Shown: piece by piece, positions 39,051 through 48,087 of the stretch
Numbering within the stretch: position 1 is the stretch's first letter
Layout of the letters: each line of letters begins with the position of its first letter
NCBI GenBank assembly: GCA_944363565.1
Contig: CALVUI010000001.1
Span: forward strand, 16,818 to 80,817
Source: an uncultured Bacilli bacterium
GTDB lineage: Bacteria > Bacillota_I > Bacilli_A > RFN20 > CAG-826
DNA length: 64,000 nt
Direction of reading: 5' to 3'
The notes under the pieces: model-generated
Database searches by the model: none
The model's input: only the letters and a program-made list of their open reading frames with translations
What the model was told of the DNA's origin: nothing
Made by a program: the position numbers and the translations under genes

Positions 39051-40097
39051 GTGAATGATATGTCCGATCTTGAAATCCTTTCCCTCATCATCACCATCGT
39101 CTCCCTCCTCTGTTTCTCGGTGGTCTTTACCTTTTTGTTCAGGAGTTACTTCAAACGGGAAATCGATGAAGTAAAGAAAGGCTACTACGACATCGACCTC
39201 TTCGTCGAAGAGGAGCAGAACAAGGAAAAGGGCAAGGGACACAAGGTCCTCGACATCTCCTTCAAGGTCGTCCAATACGTCTTCCTAGGGGCCATCGCCT
39301 TCCTCTTCCTGGCCTCGGTCTATGAACGGGTCAGCGGGGGACGGATCCTCATCGGCGATAGCACGGCCTACGTCATCGCCTCCGGCTCCATGAGCGAGAA
39401 GAACCGGGAGAACGGCTACCTCTATGATCCCGTCCTCCAGGAACAGTACGACCTCGACAACCAATTCAATACCTACGACGTCATCGGGATCACCCGTTAC
39501 GCCTCCCAAGATGACGTCTCCCTCTACGACGTCGTGGCCTTCACCTCCAACACCGGGACGACCATCGTCCACCGGATCGTCGAGATCGAAAATATCGACG
39601 GGACCGACTTCTACATCACCAGGGGGGACAGTAACGGAGCGGCCGAGACCGATGACAATAGTTTCTATGGGGACTACCTCTCCTACGAATCGATCATCGG
39701 TTACTACAACGGCTTTCGGATCCCGGCGGTCGGGGCCTTTGTCATTTTCCTCCAAAGCGGGGCCGGCATCGTCACCATCGTCTCCATCATCTATTGCTTC
39801 CTGATGTTCGAGTTCTATCGGAATAGACTCGATAAGGCCACCGAAGAAAGACGGACCCTGGTCAAGGACCTCATCGCCTATGACGGAAGCTTCGTCGAAC
39901 TGAAGACCGCCCACGTCGAAACCATTACCTACAACGGAAAGAAGCACGAACTCGAAGTCGGAAAAGACGACATCCTTGATTACTACGAAGACAAAGAAGA
40001 ACCCGATAAGGGCGATGAGATAGATCTAGATTCCAAGGAGAAAGAACATGGAAAAGAAAACGCGGATCAAGGCCAGCAAGAAGGCCAAGGCCACTGA
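39051..40097 (+). CDS. SipW/Sec11-type (Ser-His) signal peptidase I; start GTG 39051 or ATG 39060
   Basis: VIASGSM, DVVAF, IVHRIV, TRGDSN; two N-terminal and one C-terminal TM. Confidence 0.85.
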   Translation: MNDMSDLEILSLIITIVSLLCFSVVFTFLFRSYFKREIDEVKKGYYDIDLFVEEEQNKEKGKGHKVLDISFKVVQYVFLGAIAFLFLASVYERVSGGRILIGDSTAYVIASGSMSEKNRENGYLYDPVLQEQYDLDNQFNTYDVIGITRYASQDDVSLYDVVAFTSNTGTTIVHRIVEIENIDGTDFYITRGDSNGAAETDDNSFYGDYLSYESIIGYYNGFRIPAVGAFVIFLQSGAGIVTIVSIIYCFLMFEFYRNRLDKATEERRTLVKDLIAYDGSFVELKTAHVETITYNGKKHELEVGKDDILDYYEDKEEPDKGDEIDLDSKEKEHGKENADQGQQEGQGH

Positions 40098-42039
40098 AGC
40101 GACCCCCAAGACCCTCGAAAAGGCTTTCGAGGTCAAGGAGCCCAAACCGATCGAAAAGGTCGAGGCCAAAGAAGAAAAGGCCCCCGAAATAACCCCGCAG
40201 AAACCGCTTGAAGTCAAAGAAAGCGACGTCAAGAAGCCGCAAAAGCCGAGGGTCCGCTTCAGCCGCGAATCCTTCATTTTCATGGCTTTAAGCTTCTTCT
40301 ACGTCCTCTTTGCTTTATTTGCCGCCATTTGCATCGATCCCAATGCCACCATGGTCGTGGTCGATAATCCCCTGGCCGCCATCCGCGATGCCTTTGGCCT
40401 ACCGATCGTCAATACCTCCCTCCAGACCTGGATCGCCTTTGCCATGCTCGCGGTCTATACCTTCCTCTGCCTCATCGCTTTGACCTTCGAAGTGAGGTTA
40501 GCCAAGTATTATGGCCATAAGGCGGCCTCGGGGAAGATGTTCGCCCTTTATATCCTTACCTTTGTAGTCTGCTACGGGCTGGCCTTCGGAATCGGCTATC
40601 TGGCCCACATCGATCCCAATACCGCCAACTTCGCCAATTCTTTGCTTTTTGCCGGCGAGGCCTTCCTCGTGGGTCTCGTCGTCTATATCCTCGTCCTCCT
40701 CGCCCTCTTCTTCCTCATCGTTTTGATCGTCAACATCAAGAACTTCGGCAAGCCCTATGAGGCCGGCCTCAAGAACGAAGCCGAAGAGGAAGAAAAGAAG
40801 AAGGAAGCCCTCGAAGAGGCGATGCTGGCCCACCAAGGGGATCTGGCCGGAAGTTTCTCGAAGGCCGCTTTGAGCGGTCCCGCCGAAGGCCTGCCCAAGG
40901 ATTCCTCCTATGACGAAAACGGCGCCCCCTTGGGAACCAAGGAACGGGTCTTCCCGGGTCTCTCGAAGATCGATTTGGACCAGGAACTCCTCAAGGTTTC
41001 CAGTTACGCCGATAATACCAACCTCCATGACCTGGCCGATGGCTTCCGCGACTATTTGGCCAAGAAGGAAAAGCTCTATTATGAGCCGAGCGCCATCCGC
41101 TCCTTCATCGCCGGTTTGAGCGCCTCGCGCCTCATCATCCTCGAAGGCCTTTCCGGGACCGGCAAGTCCTCCCTTGCCCGTTACTTCGGCGAATACATCG
41201 GCTGCCCCTCCTTCTTCAGTGCCGTCCAGGCCACCTGGAGGGACCGCACTTCCTTGCTCGGCTTCTATAACGACTTCTCAAGGACATACAATGAGACCGA
41301 GTTCCTGAAGCGCCTCTACCAGGCCACCTACGAACCCGAGAAGATCAACGTCATGGTCCTCGACGAAATGAACATCAGCCGTATCGAGTACTACTTCGCC
41401 GACTTCTTATCGATCTTGGAATATCCGATGGATCAATGGATCCTGCCTTTGATGCAGCTTCCCTATGACTTCGCGGCCCCGGCCCATCTCGAGGACGGGA
41501 AACTCTCGATTGCCCGGACCACCTGGTTCATCGGGACCGCCAACAAGGACGACTCGACCTACACCATCACCGACAAGGTCTATGACCGGGCCATCGTCCT
41601 AAGCTTCGACGAAAGAAACGAAGCCTTCGAGGTCGAAGGGGACGTCAAAGAAGTGTCGCTTAGCTACGACGGCCTCATGAAGCTCTTCGGCGAGGCCCGC
41701 AAGAACGACGACTACCGTCTGACCAAGAAGGACTGGGAACCCTTCATCGCCCTTTCGAAGAACGTCCAGGAAGCCTTCGACGTCACCTATGGCAACCGGA
41801 TCTACAACCAGATCGAGAACTTCGTCCCCGTCTACTGCGCCTGCGGCGGCACCAAGACCGAGGCCCTCGACTTCATGTTCGCCCGCAAGGTTTTAAGGAA
41901 ACTCGAGGGCCGCTTCGAGGACTATGTCCGCGAAGCCCTCAAGGAACTCCTCAAGGACATCGACCGGACCTATGGGAAGAACGCCTTCCCCGAGTCGACG
42001 ACCTTGATCCGCCATTACCTCAGGAGGTTCGGGGAGTAA
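40048..42039 (+). CDS. McrB-family AAA+ NTPase with four N-terminal TM helices
   Basis: Walker A GLSGTGKS, Walker B LDEMNISRIEYYFADFLS, GTANKD (NxxD), KVYDRA. Confidence 0.85.
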   Translation: MEKKTRIKASKKAKATEATPKTLEKAFEVKEPKPIEKVEAKEEKAPEITPQKPLEVKESDVKKPQKPRVRFSRESFIFMALSFFYVLFALFAAICIDPNATMVVVDNPLAAIRDAFGLPIVNTSLQTWIAFAMLAVYTFLCLIALTFEVRLAKYYGHKAASGKMFALYILTFVVCYGLAFGIGYLAHIDPNTANFANSLLFAGEAFLVGLVVYILVLLALFFLIVLIVNIKNFGKPYEAGLKNEAEEEEKKKEALEEAMLAHQGDLAGSFSKAALSGPAEGLPKDSSYDENGAPLGTKERVFPGLSKIDLDQELLKVSSYADNTNLHDLADGFRDYLAKKEKLYYEPSAIRSFIAGLSASRLIILEGLSGTGKSSLARYFGEYIGCPSFFSAVQATWRDRTSLLGFYNDFSRTYNETEFLKRLYQATYEPEKINVMVLDEMNISRIEYYFADFLSILEYPMDQWILPLMQLPYDFAAPAHLEDGKLSIARTTWFIGTANKDDSTYTITDKVYDRAIVLSFDERNEAFEVEGDVKEVSLSYDGLMKLFGEARKNDDYRLTKKDWEPFIALSKNVQEAFDVTYGNRIYNQIENFVPVYCACGGTKTEALDFMFARKVLRKLEGRFEDYVREALKELLKDIDRTYGKNAFPESTTLIRHYLRRFGE

Positions 42040-42042
42040 GCC

Positions 42043-43344
42043 ATGCTTTCCTCCTCCTCTTTCTACAGCCGCTTCGGGAAGGACTTCCCGGCTTCCCTCA
42101 AAGCCAATACGACCTATGGGGAAGTTTTGAGTAGGCTAAGGAAAGGGGACTTCGCCCTCTATGGAAGCGATGACGGACTAAGCGAGGTCCTCGATGATAT
42201 TTCCCATCTCTTCGATGCCCTTCTCTCGATCGCCTATCGGCCGCGGACCAGCTTCAAGGACATCGACGTCTTACTGAGAAGCGAACTCTCGCCGGCCCTT
42301 AGGCCCGAGGAGTTCCTGAAGACCGTCAACGACCCCTCTCTTTGGAGGAGGAAGAAAAACGGGACCTACAGCCCCGAATACGTCCACACCACCGCCCATG
42401 AGGAAGACATCGATACCTACGAAAACCGCGGGGCGGTCACGGTCTATGGGGAGGCCATGTCCTTCCTCTATGGCCTGAAGAAGAGCCAAGATGCCTCCAA
42501 AAGGAGTTTGGAAAGGCTCTATGGCCTCTCTTCCTTGCCCCTAAGCGAGGCTGGGTTATTACGTGACCTCCGCCTCGAAGGGAAGGAACTTTCGACCTAC
42601 CTCTTCTCGCCCTCCTACAAGGACGATCTGAGTTCTCGGGCCGAGGAATTGGAACGCAAGGGGAGGAGATTAGCCCCCACCCCCTTGATGCGGGCCCTTT
42701 CGAGCAAGAAGATCCCCTTGCCTCTATTTCCCACCAACATCTACGTCCATGATCCCCGTTATCGGGAAGTCTATTCCTTTTTCTTAAGGAGACTAAGCGG
42801 CTCCCACGGGGCCAGCGGCCTGCCCTTCTACTTCCTCCTTCGTTTCCTCGAAGAAGGACGTTTCCTGAAGTTCACGATGCCGGTGGCACCGACCTTCAAC
42901 AAGCGAAACGGGAAGATCACCTGTTCCTCTTTCCGCCTGGAAAAGGGGGACATGGCCATCGACGGAAGGTTGGAAGGCAATTCCATCATCCTCGAGACCT
43001 CATACTCGGGGGACAAGGATAGTTTGGTTTTGCATTGCTACGACGAATTAAGGGAAGCCGACGTGGCCCCAAAGGGGATCCACCTCTGCCTCCATAATCT
43101 CTCGGGCCTGACCTCCCGTTACATCGAGGTGGCCCCCGACTTCGAATCCCATTCCCTGCGTCCCCTTTATGACGCCTTGTTCGTGAGCCTTCCTTTGTCC
43201 GGGAAGCTCGAAAGATGCCCCGTCTGTGGGCGTCGCGGTCTCCGTCTGGAAGGCGAGGAATACCTTTGCCCCGACTGCGGATCCCGCATGAGCGTCCTCG
43301 CTAAGGGCAACAAGAACCATCTTTGGTTGAAGGAGCTTTGGTAA
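42043..43344 (+). CDS. DUF2357/McrC-N-like protein with C-terminal zinc ribbon
   Basis: PEYV...IDTYENR and TNIYVHDPRYREVY motifs; CPVCG...CPDCG; directly after McrB-like gene. Confidence 0.7.
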   Translation: MLSSSSFYSRFGKDFPASLKANTTYGEVLSRLRKGDFALYGSDDGLSEVLDDISHLFDALLSIAYRPRTSFKDIDVLLRSELSPALRPEEFLKTVNDPSLWRRKKNGTYSPEYVHTTAHEEDIDTYENRGAVTVYGEAMSFLYGLKKSQDASKRSLERLYGLSSLPLSEAGLLRDLRLEGKELSTYLFSPSYKDDLSSRAEELERKGRRLAPTPLMRALSSKKIPLPLFPTNIYVHDPRYREVYSFFLRRLSGSHGASGLPFYFLLRFLEEGRFLKFTMPVAPTFNKRNGKITCSSFRLEKGDMAIDGRLEGNSIILETSYSGDKDSLVLHCYDELREADVAPKGIHLCLHNLSGLTSRYIEVAPDFESHSLRPLYDALFVSLPLSGKLERCPVCGRRGLRLEGEEYLCPDCGSRMSVLAKGNKNHLWLKELW

Positions 43345-44141
43345 TGGCCGAGGAAAGAAAAGAAGGATTAATGGCCGACGAGCTCCTCGAACAGGTCGTT
43401 TCGGGCAATCTTCCTAGTACCGCGGTCAAGATCGAGGGCCTCAAGAAAAGCTACGGCAACCGCCTGGTACTAAAAGGCATCTCCCTAGAGGTCAATCGGG
43501 GCGAGGTCTTCGGCTTCTTGGGCCGCAACGGGGTCGGGAAGTCCACCACCATCGATTGTCTGGTCGGCCTCAAGGAATACCAGGAGGGGAGCATCGAGAT
43601 CTACGGACTCGACATCAAGAAATACCCCCTCGAAGTCAAATCGCTTTACGGTTATTCCCCCTCGGAACCCTTGACCTACGAGCTGATGAGCGGTTACGAA
43701 TTCCTCCAGTTCGTGGCCTCGAGCTTCGATATGGATCAGGTCAGTTTCGATAGCAACCTCACCTTCCTCGAAAGCCGTTTCGGTTTGAGTGAGGAAGACC
43801 TCGGACGGAGAATCGAAGAATATAGCCACGGCATGAAGCAGAAGGTCTGCCTCATGGCCTCCCTTATCCACAATCCCTCGCTTTGGATCTTGGACGAGCC
43901 GACCGTCGGCCTCGACGTCATGGTCTATGAGACCCTTACCAAGATGATGCGGGAGTACGCGAATAACGGAAACGCGATCTTCCTCACTTCCCATAACATC
44001 GACCTCATCCAAGACGTCTGCGACCGGGTCGCCATCGTCAATGACGGCGTCATCGCCACCCTCATCGACTTCAAGAAGGAGCCCCTCAAGCGGAAGGACC
44101 TCAAGCGGATCTTCTTCAGGGCCTACGGCTACGAGCTATGA
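43344..44141 (+). CDS. ABC transporter ATP-binding protein (exporter type)
   Basis: GRNGVGKST, YSHGMKQK, ILDEPTVGLD, TSH; TAATG coupling to upstream gene. Confidence 0.93.
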   Translation: MAEERKEGLMADELLEQVVSGNLPSTAVKIEGLKKSYGNRLVLKGISLEVNRGEVFGFLGRNGVGKSTTIDCLVGLKEYQEGSIEIYGLDIKKYPLEVKSLYGYSPSEPLTYELMSGYEFLQFVASSFDMDQVSFDSNLTFLESRFGLSEEDLGRRIEEYSHGMKQKVCLMASLIHNPSLWILDEPTVGLDVMVYETLTKMMREYANNGNAIFLTSHNIDLIQDVCDRVAIVNDGVIATLIDFKKEPLKRKDLKRIFFRAYGYEL

Positions 44142-45745
44142 TCCTGACCCTCGTCTTCAAGGAATGGAAACTCCGGGGCCAGGGAGGATCGTTAAGTAGC
44201 CGGGTTCTGCGCGGAATCCTCTCGGTTCTTAGCTTTTGCCTCGTTTTTGCGGGGATTTTGTATTTATACATGCAAATCGAGGGGAAAATCGCCGAATTTT
44301 CGAAATACCCGACCTCCGATTTCCTGATTTTCTATCTCTTTTTGGCCTTCGTCGCGTCTTCGCTTCTATGTTTGGAAAAGGCCCGGGCCTCCCTCTTCGA
44401 TAAGAAGGACAAGAGCTTGCTTTCGCCCTTGCCGGTTTCCCCCGACCAGATCGTGATGGCCAAGTGCGTCTACCTCTACATGTCGCTGGTCATCTACGGC
44501 CTGGCCTTATTCACCTCCGCCTTGTTCGGTTATGGGCTCCTCCATTCCTTCACCATCCATTACTACATCTTCTCGTTCCTCTTTCCCTTCTTCATCGCCA
44601 TCCCCAGCCTCGCCCTGGTCGGCCTTTTGGTCCTCCCTTACAAGCTGGCCTATGACTTTTTGAAGGCCCATCCTTTTTACCAGATCATCATCGCCTCGGT
44701 CTTCGTCATCCTCCTTTGCTTCGTTTACCAGTTCGTCCTCGATTTCTTCTTGTCCGCCCTTTTGGAAAGCCGGACCGATCTGACGGCCCTCGAACCCCTC
44801 CTATCCTCCCTTCATTCCAGCGCTCCCTTCTTATATCCCTGCTCCTCCCTCTTTTATCTTTTCACGGGGGAGGGCGATCCCGTCTTCCACCTCTTCTTGG
44901 TCCTCGGGATCATGATCTTCATGGGCGGCATCGGCTATATGGTCCTGGCCTCCCTTTATAAGAAAGCCCAGGACGTCACCTACGAGGCCAAGGTTGGGAA
45001 AATCAAAAAGCCCAAGGCCCTCACTCCGACCAGGGCCCTTCTCAAGAAGGAGTCGATCATCCTCTTCAGGTCCTCGAACTACCTCTTCTCCTTTACCTCC
45101 CTCCTCATCATGCAGCCGTTCCTCAGCTTCGTCGTCCTTTCATCTTTGACTCAGATCCTCTACGTCCAGGTGAAGGCCTATGTCACCTATTTCCCGGGTC
45201 TGACCGACGGGATCAGCCTGCTGATCATCTTGCTTTTCTCCTCGATCATCGCCGGGGCGGCCTCCGACGGCTACACCCGGGAAGGGAAGGGGCGGCTTTA
45301 CCTCCGCCAGATCCCGGTTCCGCCCTTGAAGCAGAGCCTCATCAAGGCTTCCTTGCCCTTCGCCGCCTCGTTCCTGTCTTTGCTACTTAGCCTCATCGTT
45401 TTGGTCTCTTTCTCCTTGATCGATGCATCGCTATTCTTCGCCGCCCTCTTCATCGGCTTAATCCTCTTAAGCGCCCTCGCGGTCTTGGGCCTTGATGCCG
45501 ACGCGGCCAGACTGGCCATCGTGAAACGGAAGATCGGAGGCTATGCCTCGGTCCTCATTTCCCTGGGCTTGCCCTTGTTACTGGCGGCCCTCCACTTCGT
45601 CCTGGTCTTCCTGACCGGCTTTCCGACCTCTTTGATGTACGTGCTGGAAATCATCTTGGCCTGCCTCGTGGCCTTGCCCGCCCTCCTTTCCTTCTTCCTT
45701 AAGAACCGCCGGATGATCCCGGAGATGAGGGTCGACGTCCTATGA
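44138..45745 (+). CDS. ABC-2-type exporter permease (two 6-TM halves)
   Basis: About 12 TM segments, LLSPLPV, LLKKESIILFRS, TREGK; ATGA coupling. Confidence 0.85.
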   Translation: MILTLVFKEWKLRGQGGSLSSRVLRGILSVLSFCLVFAGILYLYMQIEGKIAEFSKYPTSDFLIFYLFLAFVASSLLCLEKARASLFDKKDKSLLSPLPVSPDQIVMAKCVYLYMSLVIYGLALFTSALFGYGLLHSFTIHYYIFSFLFPFFIAIPSLALVGLLVLPYKLAYDFLKAHPFYQIIIASVFVILLCFVYQFVLDFFLSALLESRTDLTALEPLLSSLHSSAPFLYPCSSLFYLFTGEGDPVFHLFLVLGIMIFMGGIGYMVLASLYKKAQDVTYEAKVGKIKKPKALTPTRALLKKESIILFRSSNYLFSFTSLLIMQPFLSFVVLSSLTQILYVQVKAYVTYFPGLTDGISLLIILLFSSIIAGAASDGYTREGKGRLYLRQIPVPPLKQSLIKASLPFAASFLSLLLSLIVLVSFSLIDASLFFAALFIGLILLSALAVLGLDADAARLAIVKRKIGGYASVLISLGLPLLLAALHFVLVFLTGFPTSLMYVLEIILACLVALPALLSFFLKNRRMIPEMRVDVL

Positions 45746-48087
45746 AGAAGACCCTGGGCCTCCTTTTGATCATTCCCTTCGCGGTCGCGGTTTTGGGCTT
45801 CGTCAACATCGCCGTCCTCCACAACGCCATCCAGGTCGATATCTCCGGCATCAACTGGGACTATGGGGAAAGCGAAGGCTTCAAGGTCGACAAGGATTCC
45901 TACAAGCTCGAGGCCACCCCGATCGTCGACCCCAATTACTCCCTTGCCCCGGGCAATGATTTGGTTTGGTCCGCCGAATCCCTAAACGAAGAAACCAGTC
46001 CCGTCTCGATTGCCAAAATCGGGGACGATTACTATTTGACCGCCCTCGAGGAAGGGGAGGCCCGCATCACCTGCCGGAACGAGAAGGGCAACGTCAGGCG
46101 GACCTTCAACGCCGTCTGCTACGAAAACGGGACCGTCATCATAAATGACGAAAAGTGGCCCTCCAGTGGGGCGATGATGGGAAATCTCCGCAAATACGGG
46201 ACCCAGGAATTCGATAACGAAGGAGATCTCCGCCCCGCCAAGATACAGCTTTCGACCGCCGTCCTCGGGGTCGAGGCCGCCCCCGTCGCCCTCCAATATA
46301 GTTCGAACCTCGCGGTCGATGGCAATGTCATCACTCCTCTAACGGGAGGTGAGGCCTACGTCCGCTACGGGGCCGAGGGCCTAAGCGAGATCTACGGGGA
46401 GTACCGCTTCTACGTCGTGGAAGACGCCATCAACGTCGACGATTACCAGGATCTGATCTCCGCCACCAATCTCGCCGAAGAGGTCTACCCGGTCTGCCTT
46501 CAAAGAAACCTCCTGTCCCTTAGGGAAACCTACAAGGTCGATGCCGAAGGGAATTACATCGATGAATTGCTTTCTCCCAATACCCGGGTCTTCGGCAATT
46601 ATGACTTCGCAACCAAGTCCTTCTCCTTCGAAGACGAGATCTACCGTTTCGAAACGACCTACAACCACGAATACCTCGACCAGCTCCAGGAAAACGACAC
46701 CAGTGGCGAGGCCCTCGACGAGGTCATCGCCGGGGTGAGGCTTAGGGACGATTTCTACGGGAACGGCTTCTCGATCAACATGCACGAGCTCTGCTACCCC
46801 AAAAACGGGGCGGTCGGCGATACCGGGATCCTGATACCCGGCGAAGGGGACCTCTTCGACGGGCCCCTCTACTTCGTGACCGTCGGTCCGACCGAATTGC
46901 CCTTCGTGGCCGCCTATGGCCAGGACAACTGCGGGATCTACCTCGACGGGGATGGCATCTTGGTCGATGACCTCGATGTCCGCAACATCAGCGACACCGA
47001 CAATTTCTATGACCTCACTTATGTGGGCAGTGTCATCGACGTCTCCGGGAACGACTGCACGATCCGCAACTCCTTGATCCACAACGGCCGGGTGGCGGTC
47101 CGGGCCTTCCAGTCCGAAAACTTCCTGCTTGAGAACTCCTACCTCTACCGGGCCCGCGAGTTCCTCCTCAAGGTCGGTAGCGATACCTATCTCAAAACCG
47201 ATCCCAGTAAGCAAGTCTCCTATCAGTCGCCCCTAGGCAATCAGTCCGGCCCCCTCTCGAGCATCCTCGGCGGGCAAGATTCGCCCGGCGATGCTCTGTG
47301 GGCCGAAGCGGTCCGATACGGGAACGCTTCCCACGTCTCGGCCCTAAGGGCCATCCAGGAGGGCCTCGACAACAAAGCCGACCAAGGCTATCTCAACATG
47401 AGGGTCAAGGATTGCACCTTCAGCGATTCCGGCCTCTTCTCGATCGCCTTCGATACCGTCTTCAACGGGGCCTACCTCTACAACGGGACCCCGGCCTCCC
47501 TCTTCTCCCTCGTCGAGGGGATCGAGGGCCTCGTCACCATCCCCGACGACGTCGGGGGGACCTCGAAGCCGGTCTCCTTGAGTTTGGAGGGCGATACCCG
47601 CTTCTACGACTTCAAGTCGGTGGCCTCTATCGACGCCTCCTGCCTCATCGAGCAAAACCTCGGCCAATTGATCAGACCCGCTCCGGGGATAGACGATTAC
47701 TTCCCGATGCGGAAGCTTCTCAGTGAGGCCTGCAACGCCCTACGTTACAATTACTACCCCGACGGTCCGAGCGGCGATCCCTACATCAACCCGATCGCCG
47801 GCTTCTACGGCGGGGGCTACAACGCCTCTATCCTCCGTTACGACGGGCTGACCAAGAACCCCTTCGGGGAGGAAATCGAGATCGATTACGCTAAAGAGCT
47901 CTTCAGCCGCGACAACGGCGGCACGGTGGCCAACCTCTTGGCCCACTGCGTGCCCCTAGCCGCCGGGATGAATAGCTTCCGCTTTTTGACCAGCGGGACC
48001 TACGAAGGAAAACCCGACCTCTATGGGGAAAACCCCAATGTCGGCAATCTATATACCAGGGGAGGAGAATATGATGAAATGCCCTAA
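45742..48087 (+). CDS. Large extracellular protein with N-terminal anchor, Ig-like and probable beta-helix regions
   Basis: Hydrophobic N-terminus; LVWS...EGEARIT Ig-like pattern; FYGNGFSIN and TIRNSLIHN/LLENSYLY repeats; ATGA coupling. Confidence 0.65.
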   Translation: MKKTLGLLLIIPFAVAVLGFVNIAVLHNAIQVDISGINWDYGESEGFKVDKDSYKLEATPIVDPNYSLAPGNDLVWSAESLNEETSPVSIAKIGDDYYLTALEEGEARITCRNEKGNVRRTFNAVCYENGTVIINDEKWPSSGAMMGNLRKYGTQEFDNEGDLRPAKIQLSTAVLGVEAAPVALQYSSNLAVDGNVITPLTGGEAYVRYGAEGLSEIYGEYRFYVVEDAINVDDYQDLISATNLAEEVYPVCLQRNLLSLRETYKVDAEGNYIDELLSPNTRVFGNYDFATKSFSFEDEIYRFETTYNHEYLDQLQENDTSGEALDEVIAGVRLRDDFYGNGFSINMHELCYPKNGAVGDTGILIPGEGDLFDGPLYFVTVGPTELPFVAAYGQDNCGIYLDGDGILVDDLDVRNISDTDNFYDLTYVGSVIDVSGNDCTIRNSLIHNGRVAVRAFQSENFLLENSYLYRAREFLLKVGSDTYLKTDPSKQVSYQSPLGNQSGPLSSILGGQDSPGDALWAEAVRYGNASHVSALRAIQEGLDNKADQGYLNMRVKDCTFSDSGLFSIAFDTVFNGAYLYNGTPASLFSLVEGIEGLVTIPDDVGGTSKPVSLSLEGDTRFYDFKSVASIDASCLIEQNLGQLIRPAPGIDDYFPMRKLLSEACNALRYNYYPDGPSGDPYINPIAGFYGGGYNASILRYDGLTKNPFGEEIEIDYAKELFSRDNGGTVANLLAHCVPLAAGMNSFRFLTSGTYEGKPDLYGENPNVGNLYTRGGEYDEMP

